Assembly (NCBI GenBank): GCA_047971505.1
Contig: JBKDZU010000006.1
Location: 1,956-65,955 of the forward strand
Direction: 5' to 3'
Length of the DNA: 64,000 nucleotides
From: Tenacibaculum sp.
GTDB lineage: Bacteria; Bacteroidota; Bacteroidia; Flavobacteriales; Flavobacteriaceae
Under the pieces are notes generated by a model, which did no database searches, was not told where the DNA came from, and saw only the letters and a list, made by a program, of their open reading frames with translations. A program made the translations under genes and the position numbers. Each line of letters begins with the position of its first letter. Within the stretch, counting starts at the first letter, position 1. Positions 39,406-49,781 of this stretch are shown here, in pieces.

Positions 39406-40401
39406 ATGGCTAAAACATCTGCAGCTATAACAGCAGTAGGGAAATACATCCCTGAGTACACTTTGACCAACAAAGAACTCGAAACTATGGTAGACACTAA
39501 CGACGAGTGGATTACCACAAGAACAGGAATCAAAGAAAGGAGAATTTTAAAAGAAAACGGAGCAGGATCATCTTACTTAGCTATAAGAGCAGCTAAAAAT
39601 TTATTGGAAAAATCGGGGGTTGATGCCTCTGAAATTGATATGCTAATACTCGCTACTGCTACGCCCGATATGCCAGTGGCTTCTACAGCAGCTTATACAG
39701 CTACAAAAATAGGTGCTCATAATGCCTTTTCATACGACTTGCAAGCAGCCTGTTCGAGTTTTCTATTTGGTATGTCGACCGCTGCAAGATATATAGAAAG
39801 CGGCAGATACAAGAAAGTTATGCTTGTTGGAGCCGATAAAATGTCTTCAATTATAGATTATACTGACCGAACTACTTGTATAATTTTTGGCGATGGAGCA
39901 GGAGCTGTTCTATTTGAACCTACTACAGAAGATACAGGCTTGCAAGACGAGTTTCTGCGCAGTGATGGCATAGGTAGAGAGTATTTAAAAATTGATGCAG
40001 GTGGTTCAATATTACCTTCGTCAATAAATACAGTTAAAAACAAACAACATTTTGTTTATCAAGAAGGCAAAACAGTTTTTAAGTTTGCTGTTTCAAACAT
40101 GTCTGAGGTTGTTAAAAAAATAATGATACGCAATAATTTAAACGAAAACAACATTCAGTGGTTGGTTGCACATCAAGCAAATAAAAGAATTGTTGAGGCA
40201 ACTGCTAACAGAATTGGCTTGGAAGATGACAAAGTAATGATAAACATTCACAAGTACGGAAACACAACTTCTGCAACTTTACCTTTGCTACTTGCAGATT
40301 ATGAAAAAGACTTAAAAAAGGGCGACAACCTAATTTTTGCAGCCTTTGGAGGTGGTTTTGCCTGGGGAGCCATCTATTTAAAATGGGCGTATTGTTTATA
40401 A
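39406..40401 (+). CDS. fabH: 3-oxoacyl-ACP synthase III
   Basis: Active-site residues in contexts QAACSSFLF (Cys), VAHQANKRI (His) and YGNTTSATLPL (Asn). The start is taken at ATG (MAKTSAAITAVG); the track ORF begins at an upstream TTG (39373). Confidence 0.9.
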   Translation: MAKTSAAITAVGKYIPEYTLTNKELETMVDTNDEWITTRTGIKERRILKENGAGSSYLAIRAAKNLLEKSGVDASEIDMLILATATPDMPVASTAAYTATKIGAHNAFSYDLQAACSSFLFGMSTAARYIESGRYKKVMLVGADKMSSIIDYTDRTTCIIFGDGAGAVLFEPTTEDTGLQDEFLRSDGIGREYLKIDAGGSILPSSINTVKNKQHFVYQEGKTVFKFAVSNMSEVVKKIMIRNNLNENNIQWLVAHQANKRIVEATANRIGLEDDKVMINIHKYGNTTSATLPLLLADYEKDLKKGDNLIFAAFGGGFAWGAIYLKWAYCL

Positions 40402-40425
40402 ACCAAACAACTTAAATATATAAAA

Positions 40426-40905
40426 ATGGATATTAGAGAAATTCAAAGTCTTATAAAATTTGTAGCTAAATCGGGTGCAAGCGAAGTGAAATTAGAGATG
40501 GAAAGTATAAAAATTACCATTAAAACAGGAAGCTCAACACCCGAAGCATCTATTCACATACCAGCCCCTGTTGCTCCTGCTCCACAAGTAGTTGCCCCTG
40601 CTGCTATAGTTTCACCCGCTACTGATTCGACCCCTAAAAAAAAACCTGCCAACAACGATTCAAAATACCTAACCATAAAATCGCCAATGATTGGAACTTT
40701 TTACAGAAAACCGTCGCCCGACAAACCTGTATTTGTCGAAGTAGGAAGCCAAGTAAAAGTTGGTGATACTGTTTGCATTATTGAAGCCATGAAATTATTT
40801 AATGAAATAGAGTCTGAGGTATCTGGTAAAATAATCAAAGTGTTAATTGATGATTCTTCACCAGTAGAATTTGATCAAGCCCTGTTTCTAGTTGACCCGT
40901 CGTAG
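40426..40905 (+). CDS. accB: Biotin carboxyl carrier protein of acetyl-CoA carboxylase
   Basis: 159 aa with a Pro/Ala-rich linker and the biotinylation motif IEAMKLFNEIE. Confidence 0.9.
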   Translation: MDIREIQSLIKFVAKSGASEVKLEMESIKITIKTGSSTPEASIHIPAPVAPAPQVVAPAAIVSPATDSTPKKKPANNDSKYLTIKSPMIGTFYRKPSPDKPVFVEVGSQVKVGDTVCIIEAMKLFNEIESEVSGKIIKVLIDDSSPVEFDQALFLVDPS

Positions 40906-40989
40906 TGTTTTATATTATTAAAATACAGGTGCACAAAACTATCTGACTTTTTTAAATTTACGCTCTGCACAAACCCTAACTTTTAAATT

Positions 40990-42333
40990 ATGTTTAAAAA
41001 AATACTAATTGCCAACAGAGGTGAGATAGCTCTGCGTGTTATCAGAACTTGCAAAGAAATGTCGATAAAAACAGTAGCTGTTTACTCAAAGGCAGATGCC
41101 GAAAGTTTGCACGTCCGTTTTGCTGATGAAGCTGTTTGTATAGGACCTGCACCTAGTGTTGATTCTTACCTAAAAATGGCAAATATAATTGCTGCAGCTG
41201 AAATTACAAATGCCGATGCAATTCATCCTGGTTACGGTTTTTTAGCTGAAAATGCCAAATTTTCAAAATTATGTGAAGAACACGGCATAAAATTTATAGG
41301 AGCTACAGCTGAAATGATCGATAAAATGGGTGATAAAGCAACTGCCAAAGAAACTATGATTGCTGCTGGAGTTCCGTGCATTCCGGGATCTGAAGGCATA
41401 CTAAACTCTTATGAACAAGCCGAAAAACTGGCTGTTAAAATGGAAACTCCTATAATGCTAAAAGCTACTGCTGGAGGCGGTGGTAAAGGGATGCGCGCAG
41501 TTTGGAAACTCGAAGACTTGCGCAACTCATGGGATTCGGCTCGTTTAGAAGCAAAAGCTGCCTTTGGAAATGACGGTATGTATATGGAAAAATTAATTGA
41601 AGAACCACGTCATATTGAAATTCAAATAATAGGCGATGCTTATGGAAAAGCATGCCACCTGTCAGAAAGAGATTGTTCAGTACAAAGGCGTCATCAAAAG
41701 TTAACAGAAGAAACCCCGTCGCCTTTTATGACTGAACAACTGCGCAATGCCATGGGAGAGGCTGCTGTTAAAGCTGCTGAATACATTAAATACGAAGGCG
41801 TTGGCACAGTTGAATTTTTAGTAGATAAGCATCGCAAATTCTATTTTATGGAAATGAACACTCGTATTCAGGTAGAGCATCCTATTACTGAAGAAGTTGT
41901 TGACTATGATTTAATTCGCGAACAAATTTTAGTAGCTGCCGGTGTGCCTGTTTCAGGTAAAAACTACATACCTCAGTTACATTCTATTGAATGCAGAATT
42001 AATGCAGAAGATCCTTACAATGCTTTTAGACCCTCTCCCGGAAAAATAGCCTCTTATCACGCACCAGGCGGACATGGAGTTCGCATTGATACACACGCAT
42101 ATGCAGGATATGTGATTCCTCCAAACTACGACTCAATGATTGCCAAGCTAATTGTATCTGCCCAAACAAGAGAGGAAGCCATCAATAAAATGAAGCGTGC
42201 CTTAGATGAGTATGTTATCGAGGGTGTAAAAACAACTATCCCTTTTCACAGACAATTAATGGACCACCCTGATTATGTTGCTGGAAATTACACAACTAAG
42301 TTTATGGAAAATTTTAAAATAAAACCTATATAA
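40990..42333 (+). CDS. accC: Biotin carboxylase
   Basis: 447 aa with [16 protein letters not shown], an ATP-grasp region and [16 protein letters not shown]. Confidence 0.95.
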   Translation: MFKKILIANRGEIALRVIRTCKEMSIKTVAVYSKADAESLHVRFADEAVCIGPAPSVDSYLKMANIIAAAEITNADAIHPGYGFLAENAKFSKLCEEHGIKFIGATAEMIDKMGDKATAKETMIAAGVPCIPGSEGILNSYEQAEKLAVKMETPIMLKATAGGGGKGMRAVWKLEDLRNSWDSARLEAKAAFGNDGMYMEKLIEEPRHIEIQIIGDAYGKACHLSERDCSVQRRHQKLTEETPSPFMTEQLRNAMGEAAVKAAEYIKYEGVGTVEFLVDKHRKFYFMEMNTRIQVEHPITEEVVDYDLIREQILVAAGVPVSGKNYIPQLHSIECRINAEDPYNAFRPSPGKIASYHAPGGHGVRIDTHAYAGYVIPPNYDSMIAKLIVSAQTREEAINKMKRALDEYVIEGVKTTIPFHRQLMDHPDYVAGNYTTKFMENFKIKPI

Positions 42334-42468
42334 CGGTTTAACTTTTGACAAATTACCTTAACTGAAACATTGAATTTTAGTTTTTTAAATTAGCACTTAG
42401 CAACATATAATTTTTTTTTATGCAAAACACTAGGCATTTTTACCACTCTTTTTAATTGAATTTAAGTA

Positions 42469-43449
42469 TTAGTTTGTAAACTCTTTCAATTTATTGTCTT
42501 TATCACTGTACAGTAGTATTACTTTTAATTCTGGATATTTTTGTAAAAAGAGTTTAGTTTTTTCAAATCCCATAGCAAGAAAGGCTGTAGCATAAGCATC
42601 AGCATTTGCACAATCTCCTTTTAAAAGCACCGAAACACTGAGCAAATTATTTTCGTATGCCAAGCCTGTTTTAGGATTAATTGTATGAACAATTTTCTGA
42701 CCTTTATTATTTAGTTTATATTTTCTATAATTCCCCGATGTTGCCATAGATTCATCGTTTAATTCAATTATTTTGTGAATTGAGCGAGTTCCATCTTCAT
42801 TGGGTTTTTCAACAGCCACTTTCCATGAATTGTTGTTCTTGTTGCCTCTAGCTCTAATTTCGCCACCTATTTCAACCAAATAGTTAAAAATATTTTTATT
42901 CTCTAAAAAACGTCCTATTATATCAACACCATAACCCTTAGCAAAGGCATTTACATTAAGTTCAATATTCGGATTTTGACGATATACTTTATTTTTTTTG
43001 AGCATAACTTTGTCAAAACCCATAGCTTGCCTTAGCTTAAAAATATCCATTTCTGATAAGTCAACTCTCTTCTTCCCCGAACCAAATCCATAAGCGTCAA
43101 TTAACTTGCCCATTGTAGGGTCAAAATATCCATCGGTTTGCTTGTAAATTTTTTTAGCCTTTTTAAAAACTTCAACAAAAAAAGCATCAACTACTACTGT
43201 AGTATCGCCTCGGTTTATTTTAGAAATATCCGATGTAGGTATATAAGTAGAAAGTGATTTATTTATTAAAGCAAACAAACTATCTATTGGTTTTTGATAA
43301 TTTACCTCATTAAAGTATTTTATTTGATAGCTAGTACCAAATACTGACCCCTTTAATACTGTTAAAGCATTATTGCCTTGCTTTGTTTTGCAAGAAAAAA
43401 AAACAAATGCGATACAAATGTTTAAAACTTTAAAATAACTTTTCATCAT
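42469..43449 (-). CDS. apbE: FAD:protein FMN transferase (ApbE family) lipoprotein
   Basis: 326 aa with lipobox FVFFSCKT and ApbE-like motifs GKLIDAYGFG, AKGYGVD, MATSGNYRKY and DAYATAF. Confidence 0.85.
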   Translation of the reverse strand: MMKSYFKVLNICIAFVFFSCKTKQGNNALTVLKGSVFGTSYQIKYFNEVNYQKPIDSLFALINKSLSTYIPTSDISKINRGDTTVVVDAFFVEVFKKAKKIYKQTDGYFDPTMGKLIDAYGFGSGKKRVDLSEMDIFKLRQAMGFDKVMLKKNKVYRQNPNIELNVNAFAKGYGVDIIGRFLENKNIFNYLVEIGGEIRARGNKNNNSWKVAVEKPNEDGTRSIHKIIELNDESMATSGNYRKYKLNNKGQKIVHTINPKTGLAYENNLLSVSVLLKGDCANADAYATAFLAMGFEKTKLFLQKYPELKVILLYSDKDNKLKEFTN

Positions 43450-43828
43450 CTTTTACAATCTTTTATAATTTTGTTAGTCACTAAAAATTAGTAATTTATA
43501 TATTTATCGCCTAACCCCACAAATATGTAGTTTCTTATTTTTACACTAAGCTAAAGGCTTATACTATGAATTAATAATTTTATTGAATTTAATATAGTTT
43601 GTTTCTAAATCGTATCCTTAACAAATCAAGGGTTTTAACTAATGTTTTTATAACTAATATTTTAATGCAGTGCCTTGTGATCTATTGCAGTTTTTACAAC
43701 AATTATTAAACCAAAAATACAAGTTTTATTGTTCATAAAAGATTGTTAATTATCATTTTTATATTTTTATTTTTATAAATTTGTTTTATCATTGCTATTA
43801 ATTAATCATTTGAAAAATATATTTTACC

Positions 43829-44677
43829 ATGAAAAGAGGGATCTTACTAATTACAATAACACTGTTAATTGCTTCTTGTGCTTCAGTTAAAGAATTAGAA
43901 GCGGTTAAAGCAGAACATCAAAAAACTAAAGATGAGCTGCTTGCCACCAAAAATAACCTAACTAAATGTCTGGTTGAAAAAGAGCGTTTTGAAGAAAAAG
44001 CGGTCTTGCTTGAAACCACTGTTGAAGATTTGCGCAAAGACAAAGACGAAACTTTAAAGCAGGTTGGCAACCTAACCGTGCTTACTCAAGGAGCTAATGA
44101 CAATATTAAAGAAACACTTTCTCAGCTTAGCAAAAAAGACAAATACATTAATAAAATAAGAGCGGCTGCCTCTAAAAAAGATTCACTAAACTTAGTTGTT
44201 GCTTTTCACTTAAAGAAAGAGTTACAAGATGGTATAGATGATCAAGACATAGAGGTTAATGTTGAAAAAACCGTTGTGTTTATTTCTATTTCTGACAAAT
44301 TGCTATTTAAAAGCGGCAGCTATACTATAACAAAAAAAGCCTCAAAGGTTTTGCAAAAAGTAGCCACAGTGGTTAATTCGCAACCTGAAATGGACGTAAT
44401 GATTGAAGGACATACCGATGACACTCCTGTTAGCAGTGGTTCTGTATTAAAAGACAACTGGGATTTGAGCGTAAAACGATCAACGGCTATAGTTCGCGAG
44501 CTACAAAACAAACACAATGTTGCTCCTGAAAGATTAATTGCTGCAGGAAGAAGTAGTTACATACCTTTGGTTGAAAACAGCAGTGTTGCAAATAAGGCTA
44601 AAAACAGACGAACAAAAATTATTATACTTCCTCGCTTAAACCAGTTTTTCGATTTATTAGACCAAAAAGTAGAATAA
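43829..44677 (+). CDS. OmpA/MotB-domain lipoprotein with N-terminal coiled coil
   Basis: Lipobox LLIASCAS. C-terminal OmpA-like motifs IEGHTDDTPV, NWDLSVKRS and NRRTKIIILP. Confidence 0.8.
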   Translation: MKRGILLITITLLIASCASVKELEAVKAEHQKTKDELLATKNNLTKCLVEKERFEEKAVLLETTVEDLRKDKDETLKQVGNLTVLTQGANDNIKETLSQLSKKDKYINKIRAAASKKDSLNLVVAFHLKKELQDGIDDQDIEVNVEKTVVFISISDKLLFKSGSYTITKKASKVLQKVATVVNSQPEMDVMIEGHTDDTPVSSGSVLKDNWDLSVKRSTAIVRELQNKHNVAPERLIAAGRSSYIPLVENSSVANKAKNRRTKIIILPRLNQFFDLLDQKVE

Positions 44678-44701
44678 TCAATCAATAAACTAAAAATCTA
44701 T

Positions 44702-44735
44702 AAAAGGAATTACTTTTGGAGTAATTCCTTTTTTT
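44702..44735 (+). terminator. Rho-independent terminator after the OmpA-family gene
   Basis: Perfect 12-bp stem aaaaggaattac (44702-44713) / gtaattcctttt (44721-44732) with a 7-nt loop, running into a 7-T tract (44729-44735). Confidence 0.6.
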
Positions 44736-45229
44736 AATACACTTTAACAAATATAATCCCCAAAACGAATTGAACCAAAACACACACTACCTCAAGTCAA
44801 AGTTTTATTGTTATATTCTAACTTTTAACAGTGTAATAACATTGATGCACTTGTTATAAATAACTACTTTGCATTAATAAAATCCATTTAAAATTTTATC
44901 AAATAAGTTTATTGGGTTATTGTCATAAAACAGATTAGTATAAGTAGTATTGTTAAAATATACTTTTATTAATTTTTTAATATTAAGTTAAATATTGCAG
45001 CAAACAAATTAACAACAATCAAACACAAGCAATAAAAACACGTAAAAACACTACTGTAAACTAAAATTTTGTCAGCTATAAACATGTTTAATTTGCTACC
45101 ATCAATTATGTATTGATAAGTACCTAACTTCAAAGTTTTTGTTATTGAATACTTTAAAAATATTTTCTTAAAAAGACTTATTCGCTAAAATTAAAATAAC
45201 TACATTTATACTAAATATATATTAATAAT

Positions 45230-45643
45230 ATGGAATTATGCCCAAATTGTTCATGTGAAAAGTTTATAAAAGCAGGTATTATTGGAGGTAAACAACGTTA
45301 TAAGTGTAAAAAATGCAACTATCATTTCACGGTTAATAAACTAGGAAAAAAAATTGATGATTACTATGTTAACAAAGCACTACAACTTTATTTAGAAGGA
45401 CTTACATATAGAGATATTGAAAGAATTTTAGGCATATCGCACGTTTCAATTATGAATTGGGTAAAAAAATACAACGTAAAACGACCTTACAAAACGGACT
45501 ACCATCCTACTTATAAAATTTTAAGCCATTCCGAGCTTCAAAAGTTTATTCAAAACATGAACAATATAAAAGGTGCAGGAGTAGTCATAACTGAATTGGG
45601 CGATAAGTTTATGCTTATAAAATGGGAACGTTTTAAAAATTAA
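45230..45643 (+). CDS. IS1-transposase N-terminal-like zinc-ribbon + HTH protein with no DDE catalytic domain
   Basis: 137 aa. CxxC...CxxC zinc ribbon (CPNCSC...YKCKKCNYHF) and an HTH resembling IS1-family transposase N-termini (ALQLYLEGLTYRDIERILGISHVSIMNWVKKY). The 55-aa tail is unrelated to a DDE domain. No terminal inverted repeats seen. Confidence 0.55.
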   Translation: MELCPNCSCEKFIKAGIIGGKQRYKCKKCNYHFTVNKLGKKIDDYYVNKALQLYLEGLTYRDIERILGISHVSIMNWVKKYNVKRPYKTDYHPTYKILSHSELQKFIQNMNNIKGAGVVITELGDKFMLIKWERFKN

Positions 45644-46089
45644 TATTTTTATACCAATTCTACACAATTTGCCAATATACTGTTTTATAAATTTCGAAAA
45701 TCTTCAAAATTTTTAAGTATTCAATAAGTACTGTCAACTAGTAATAATATAATCTTTAAAAAAGAATATAAATAATAATTCTCAAAAACACCGGTTAGTT
45801 TATCAAAATACTATCATTTGTGCTTTACACAAGGTAAATAAAACAGGGAATAAACTTTGCTCCAATTAAATTTAAAAATTTCTAAAATTGAGTGTTAAAA
45901 ATTAAAGTTAATTCTGTAAATTTACAACTCATATCAATTTATCAGTATTTAATTTACTGCTTTTTAGCTAGTTTTACTTTTGCTATGCATTAGAAAAGCA
46001 TAAGAGTTAAACTATAAGCAGTTCAATTTTATTTGTTGATTATAATGATTAATCAATTAAAAATAAAATTTTTAATTCAAATCACATCT

Positions 46090-47301
46090 ATGAAAAAAAT
46101 TTTAATATTAAGCATATTACTTTTTTATATATCCCTTAGTGTCAATTCACAAGGAAACGCATCATATACTGGAGGATACAAAATCAAATTTAACGAAAGT
46201 GGCTCAAAATACTTGCGTATTATTGCTTGGGGACAGTTTTGGGCAAATTACAACAGCAAAGTTAACGGCAATACAGCCAAGTTAAACTTAAGTGTAAGAA
46301 GAGCTCGAATACTTAGCTTTACACAGCTTAATAGCAAATTTTTGCTGCTAACTCACTTTGGACTAAATAGTTTGAGTGGAGCCAATCAAAGTCCTTTAGG
46401 CAAGGACGAAGGGTCGCAGTTATTTTTTCATGGCTTCTATGGTCAGTGGAGCATTTACGACCAAATATCTGTAGGTGCAGGCTTGCATTATTGGAATGGT
46501 ATTTCGCGTTTAAACAATCAAAGCACCTTAAATATGCTGAGTTTAGACAACAATAGACAGTCGTGGGCAACCCTTGGTTTATCAGATCAATTTGCAAGGC
46601 ATATAGGAGTTTATATCAAAGGCAAAATCAAAAAACTGCAGTACAGGCTTGCTGTTAACGAGGCTGGAAAAAATACCATTGACAATAGAGACCCAACCAC
46701 TACTGGTTTAACAGTTTACGCAGGTAGGCAAATTTTGGGCTCAGCTAAAGCTGGAAAAGTATTTCAAGGATATTTTGACTATAATTTTTTAGATCAAGAA
46801 TCTAATCTTCTGCCCTATAAAGTAGGTACTTACCTAGGCAGCAAAAAAATATTTAATATAGGAGCAGGATTTTTTAGCCACCCTAATGGAGTAGTTAAAG
46901 CAAACGGTAAAGGCGATAATGTAAATATTTTTGCAATAGATGCCTTTTACGATGCACCCCTTAGTGAAAAAGGCTCAGCACTTACTGCCTATGGAGTATT
47001 TCAAAGCAATAATTACGGCGAAAATTACAATTACAATGCTTATGCGTCAGGGCTTATGCTATATGGACACTTAGGATATTTAATTTCAGGACAAAAAGAC
47101 AAAACTAGATTTCAACCCTATGTATCTCTCCAAACACGCTCAATTAAAGCCACTAACAGCAATGCAAGCAAATTGGGGATAGGAACAAATATTTTTATGA
47201 CAGGTCATCATTCAAAGCTAACCGTTGAATACTCTAGGGCAAAAGAAAGTGACAAAAGCCTCAACAATACACTAACCCTACAAGCCATGATTTACTTGTA
47301 A
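46090..47301 (+). CDS. Predicted outer-membrane beta-barrel porin (phosphate-selective porin O/P-like)
   Basis: Start taken at MKKILILSILLFYISLSVNSQ (signal peptide). Alternating beta-strand pattern, an LSVRRARIL motif recalled from Porin_O_P, and a C-terminal strand ...LTLQAMIYL. Confidence 0.55.
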   Translation: MKKILILSILLFYISLSVNSQGNASYTGGYKIKFNESGSKYLRIIAWGQFWANYNSKVNGNTAKLNLSVRRARILSFTQLNSKFLLLTHFGLNSLSGANQSPLGKDEGSQLFFHGFYGQWSIYDQISVGAGLHYWNGISRLNNQSTLNMLSLDNNRQSWATLGLSDQFARHIGVYIKGKIKKLQYRLAVNEAGKNTIDNRDPTTTGLTVYAGRQILGSAKAGKVFQGYFDYNFLDQESNLLPYKVGTYLGSKKIFNIGAGFFSHPNGVVKANGKGDNVNIFAIDAFYDAPLSEKGSALTAYGVFQSNNYGENYNYNAYASGLMLYGHLGYLISGQKDKTRFQPYVSLQTRSIKATNSNASKLGIGTNIFMTGHHSKLTVEYSRAKESDKSLNNTLTLQAMIYL

Positions 47302-47394
47302 ATAAATAATATTGATCAATACAAATTTTAACGTCAATCAAAAAAAACTATTTTTTAAATAATTTATAGTATATTTTAAATAAATTCAAATATT

Positions 47395-47658
47395 ATGACA
47401 GAAAAACAACAAAAGGCAACTTCCTATTGGGAGCACAACCTGAGATATTTAGCCATATTATTAACAATTTGGTTTTTAGTATCATACGGAGCGGGCATTT
47501 TATTTAAAGATGCCTTAAACACAATCAGATTAGGAGGATTTAAACTAGGATTTTGGTTTGCTCAACAAGGATCCATATATGTATTTGTAATTTTAATATT
47601 TATCTATGTCAGACTGATGAATAGACTAGATAAAAAATTTGGATATGACGAAAATTAA
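47395..47658 (+). CDS. DUF4212 small membrane subunit of a sodium:solute symporter
   Basis: 87 aa with two TM segments and the pattern YWEHNLRYLAILLTIWFLVSYG ... GFKLGFWFAQQGSIYVF. Lies 32 nt upstream of the SSS gene. Confidence 0.8.
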   Translation: MTEKQQKATSYWEHNLRYLAILLTIWFLVSYGAGILFKDALNTIRLGGFKLGFWFAQQGSIYVFVILIFIYVRLMNRLDKKFGYDEN

Positions 47659-47690
47659 TTAACTGAAATTAAAATATTAAATTAAAAATT

Positions 47691-49391
47691 ATGAGTGTAC
47701 AAACTTGGACTTATATATTAGTATTCTTAACTTTTGGAATTTATATCGCTATAGCGATATGGTCTAAAGCTGCATCTACCAAAGAGTTTTATGTAGCTGG
47801 AGCAGGAGTTTCTCCTTTGGCAAACGGAATGGCTACAGCTGCCGACTGGATGTCAGCAGCGTCGTTTATTTCAATGGCAGGCATTATTTCGTTTGCGGGT
47901 TATGACGGAGCAGTATATCTAATGGGCTGGACAGGAGGCTATGTTTTGCTGGCCTTGTTACTGGCACCATACTTGAGAAAATTCGGAAAATACACCGTAC
48001 CTGACTTTATAGGAGAAAGATATTATTCAAAAACCGCACGAGTAGTTGCAGTTTTATGTGCCCTAATAGTTTCGTTTACTTATGTAGCTGGGCAAATGAG
48101 AGGCGTAGGCATAGTGTTTTCCAGGTTTTTAGAAGTTAATATAAACACAGGGGTTATTATAGGGATGATTATTGTTTTGTTTTATGCCGTTTTAGGTGGA
48201 ATGAAAGGTATAACCTATACTCAAGTAGCGCAATACTGTATTTTAATATTTGCCTTTATGGTTCCTGCTATTTTTATCTCTATACAAATGACAGGAAACC
48301 CAATTCCTCAGCTAGGAATGGCAGGAATATTGTCAGATGGAAGCTATCTGCTAGATAAGCTCGACGGGCTTTCAGTTGAACTTGGCTTTGCAGAATACAC
48401 TAATGGATCTAAAAAAATGATAGATGTATTTGCCATTACCCTTGCCTTAATGATAGGTACTGCCGGTTTACCTCATGTTATTGTTAGGTTTTTTACCGTA
48501 AAAAGAGTGCGAGATGCTAGAAAATCAGCAGGATTAGCTCTGCTTTTTATAGCAATTTTATACACAACTGCACCTGCAGTGGCTGTTTTTGCAAGAACCA
48601 ATCTAATAGAAACAGTAAGCGACAAACAATACAACGATATGCCAAACTGGTTTAAAAAATGGGAAACCACAGGCTTGTTAAAATTTGAAGATAAAAATAA
48701 AGACGGAAAAATTCAATATGTTGCCAATGCGACAACCAATGAGTTAGAGGTAAATAGAGATATCATGGTATTGGCAAATCCTGAAATTGCCAATTTACCA
48801 GCTTGGGTAATTGCACTTGTTGCAGCTGGAGGGTTAGCTGCTGCTCTTTCAACTGCAGCAGGTTTACTTTTAGTAATATCCTCATCAGTATCGCACGATT
48901 TGATAAAAAATGTTATCAACCCTAAACTATCTGAAAAATCCGAACTTTGGGCAGCTCGTATTTCAGCAACTGGAGCTGTAATTATAGCCGGCTACTTTGG
49001 CATAAACCCTCCAGGCTTTGTGGCAGCCGTTGTCGCTTTAGCCTTTGGCTTGGCAGCAGCCTCTTTCTTCCCAGCTATAATTTTAGGTATTTTTTACAAA
49101 AAGATGAATAGCAAAGGTGCAGTATCGGGAATGATAGTTGGCATGTCGCTAATGATTTTCTATATGCTCAAATTTAAATTTGGGATTTTTGATGGAGGAA
49201 AAGATGCCGTGGTAAATCTAAAATTGTGGTTTGATATTTCGCCCGAAGGTTTTGGTACAATTGCCATGCTAGCTAATTTTATAGTTGCCATAACTGTAAA
49301 TAAGTTCACTAAACAACCACCCATTGAAGTTCAGGAAATTGTAGAAAACATTAGAATACCTAGTGAGGCAGGCAAAGCTGTACAACATTAA
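47691..49391 (+). CDS. Sodium:solute symporter family transporter (ActP/VC_2705-like, probable acetate/monocarboxylate uptake)
   Basis: 566 aa polytopic SSS-like protein (GMATAADWMSAASFISMAG, GGMKGITYTQVAQY), clustered with DUF4212 and acs. Confidence 0.85.
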   Translation: MSVQTWTYILVFLTFGIYIAIAIWSKAASTKEFYVAGAGVSPLANGMATAADWMSAASFISMAGIISFAGYDGAVYLMGWTGGYVLLALLLAPYLRKFGKYTVPDFIGERYYSKTARVVAVLCALIVSFTYVAGQMRGVGIVFSRFLEVNINTGVIIGMIIVLFYAVLGGMKGITYTQVAQYCILIFAFMVPAIFISIQMTGNPIPQLGMAGILSDGSYLLDKLDGLSVELGFAEYTNGSKKMIDVFAITLALMIGTAGLPHVIVRFFTVKRVRDARKSAGLALLFIAILYTTAPAVAVFARTNLIETVSDKQYNDMPNWFKKWETTGLLKFEDKNKDGKIQYVANATTNELEVNRDIMVLANPEIANLPAWVIALVAAGGLAAALSTAAGLLLVISSSVSHDLIKNVINPKLSEKSELWAARISATGAVIIAGYFGINPPGFVAAVVALAFGLAAASFFPAIILGIFYKKMNSKGAVSGMIVGMSLMIFYMLKFKFGIFDGGKDAVVNLKLWFDISPEGFGTIAMLANFIVAITVNKFTKQPPIEVQEIVENIRIPSEAGKAVQH

Positions 49392-49781
49392 ACATATACT
49401 TAAATTGAACTGCTCTGCAGTTTAGTACAGTTTTTTATAGTTGTTTAAAACAAATGTAAAGCAGTTTGTATTTTTAGTAAAATGCAAGCAAAGGTTTATG
49501 TTTATAAATAAGTTTTAAATCTTTTTTAATAAATTAAAAAAAATATAAAATAAAGTTAATTTAACTTTAAATAAAGCTGTAAAATTTTTGGTATGTAAAA
49601 TAAAAAGATTAAAGTAATACCCCTTTAGCCATTATATTTTTAATCTTTAACTTTGTATATATTAATTTTTTTTATTCAAAAAACAATTAAAAATAAAAAC
49701 ATTACTTAATAACAGTAACAACTGTAAAATACAACAAATTCTTTAACTAGCCAATTATTAACCGCTTAAATATAAAAACAA

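Noticed and set aside
39207-39533. 108-aa minus-strand ORF overlapping rpmF and the fabH start.
   Set aside because: It is antisense to two highly conserved genes and has no recognisable features.
44788-45147. Imperfect ~25-nt direct repeat (TACCT..TCAAAGTTTT..TGTTAT) at 44788-44814 and 45121-45147, upstream of the IS1-like gene, as possible IS ends or operator sites.
   Set aside because: Identity is only about 75-80% and needs a gap, in very AT-rich sequence. The orientation is direct, not inverted as IS ends would be. Support is insufficient.
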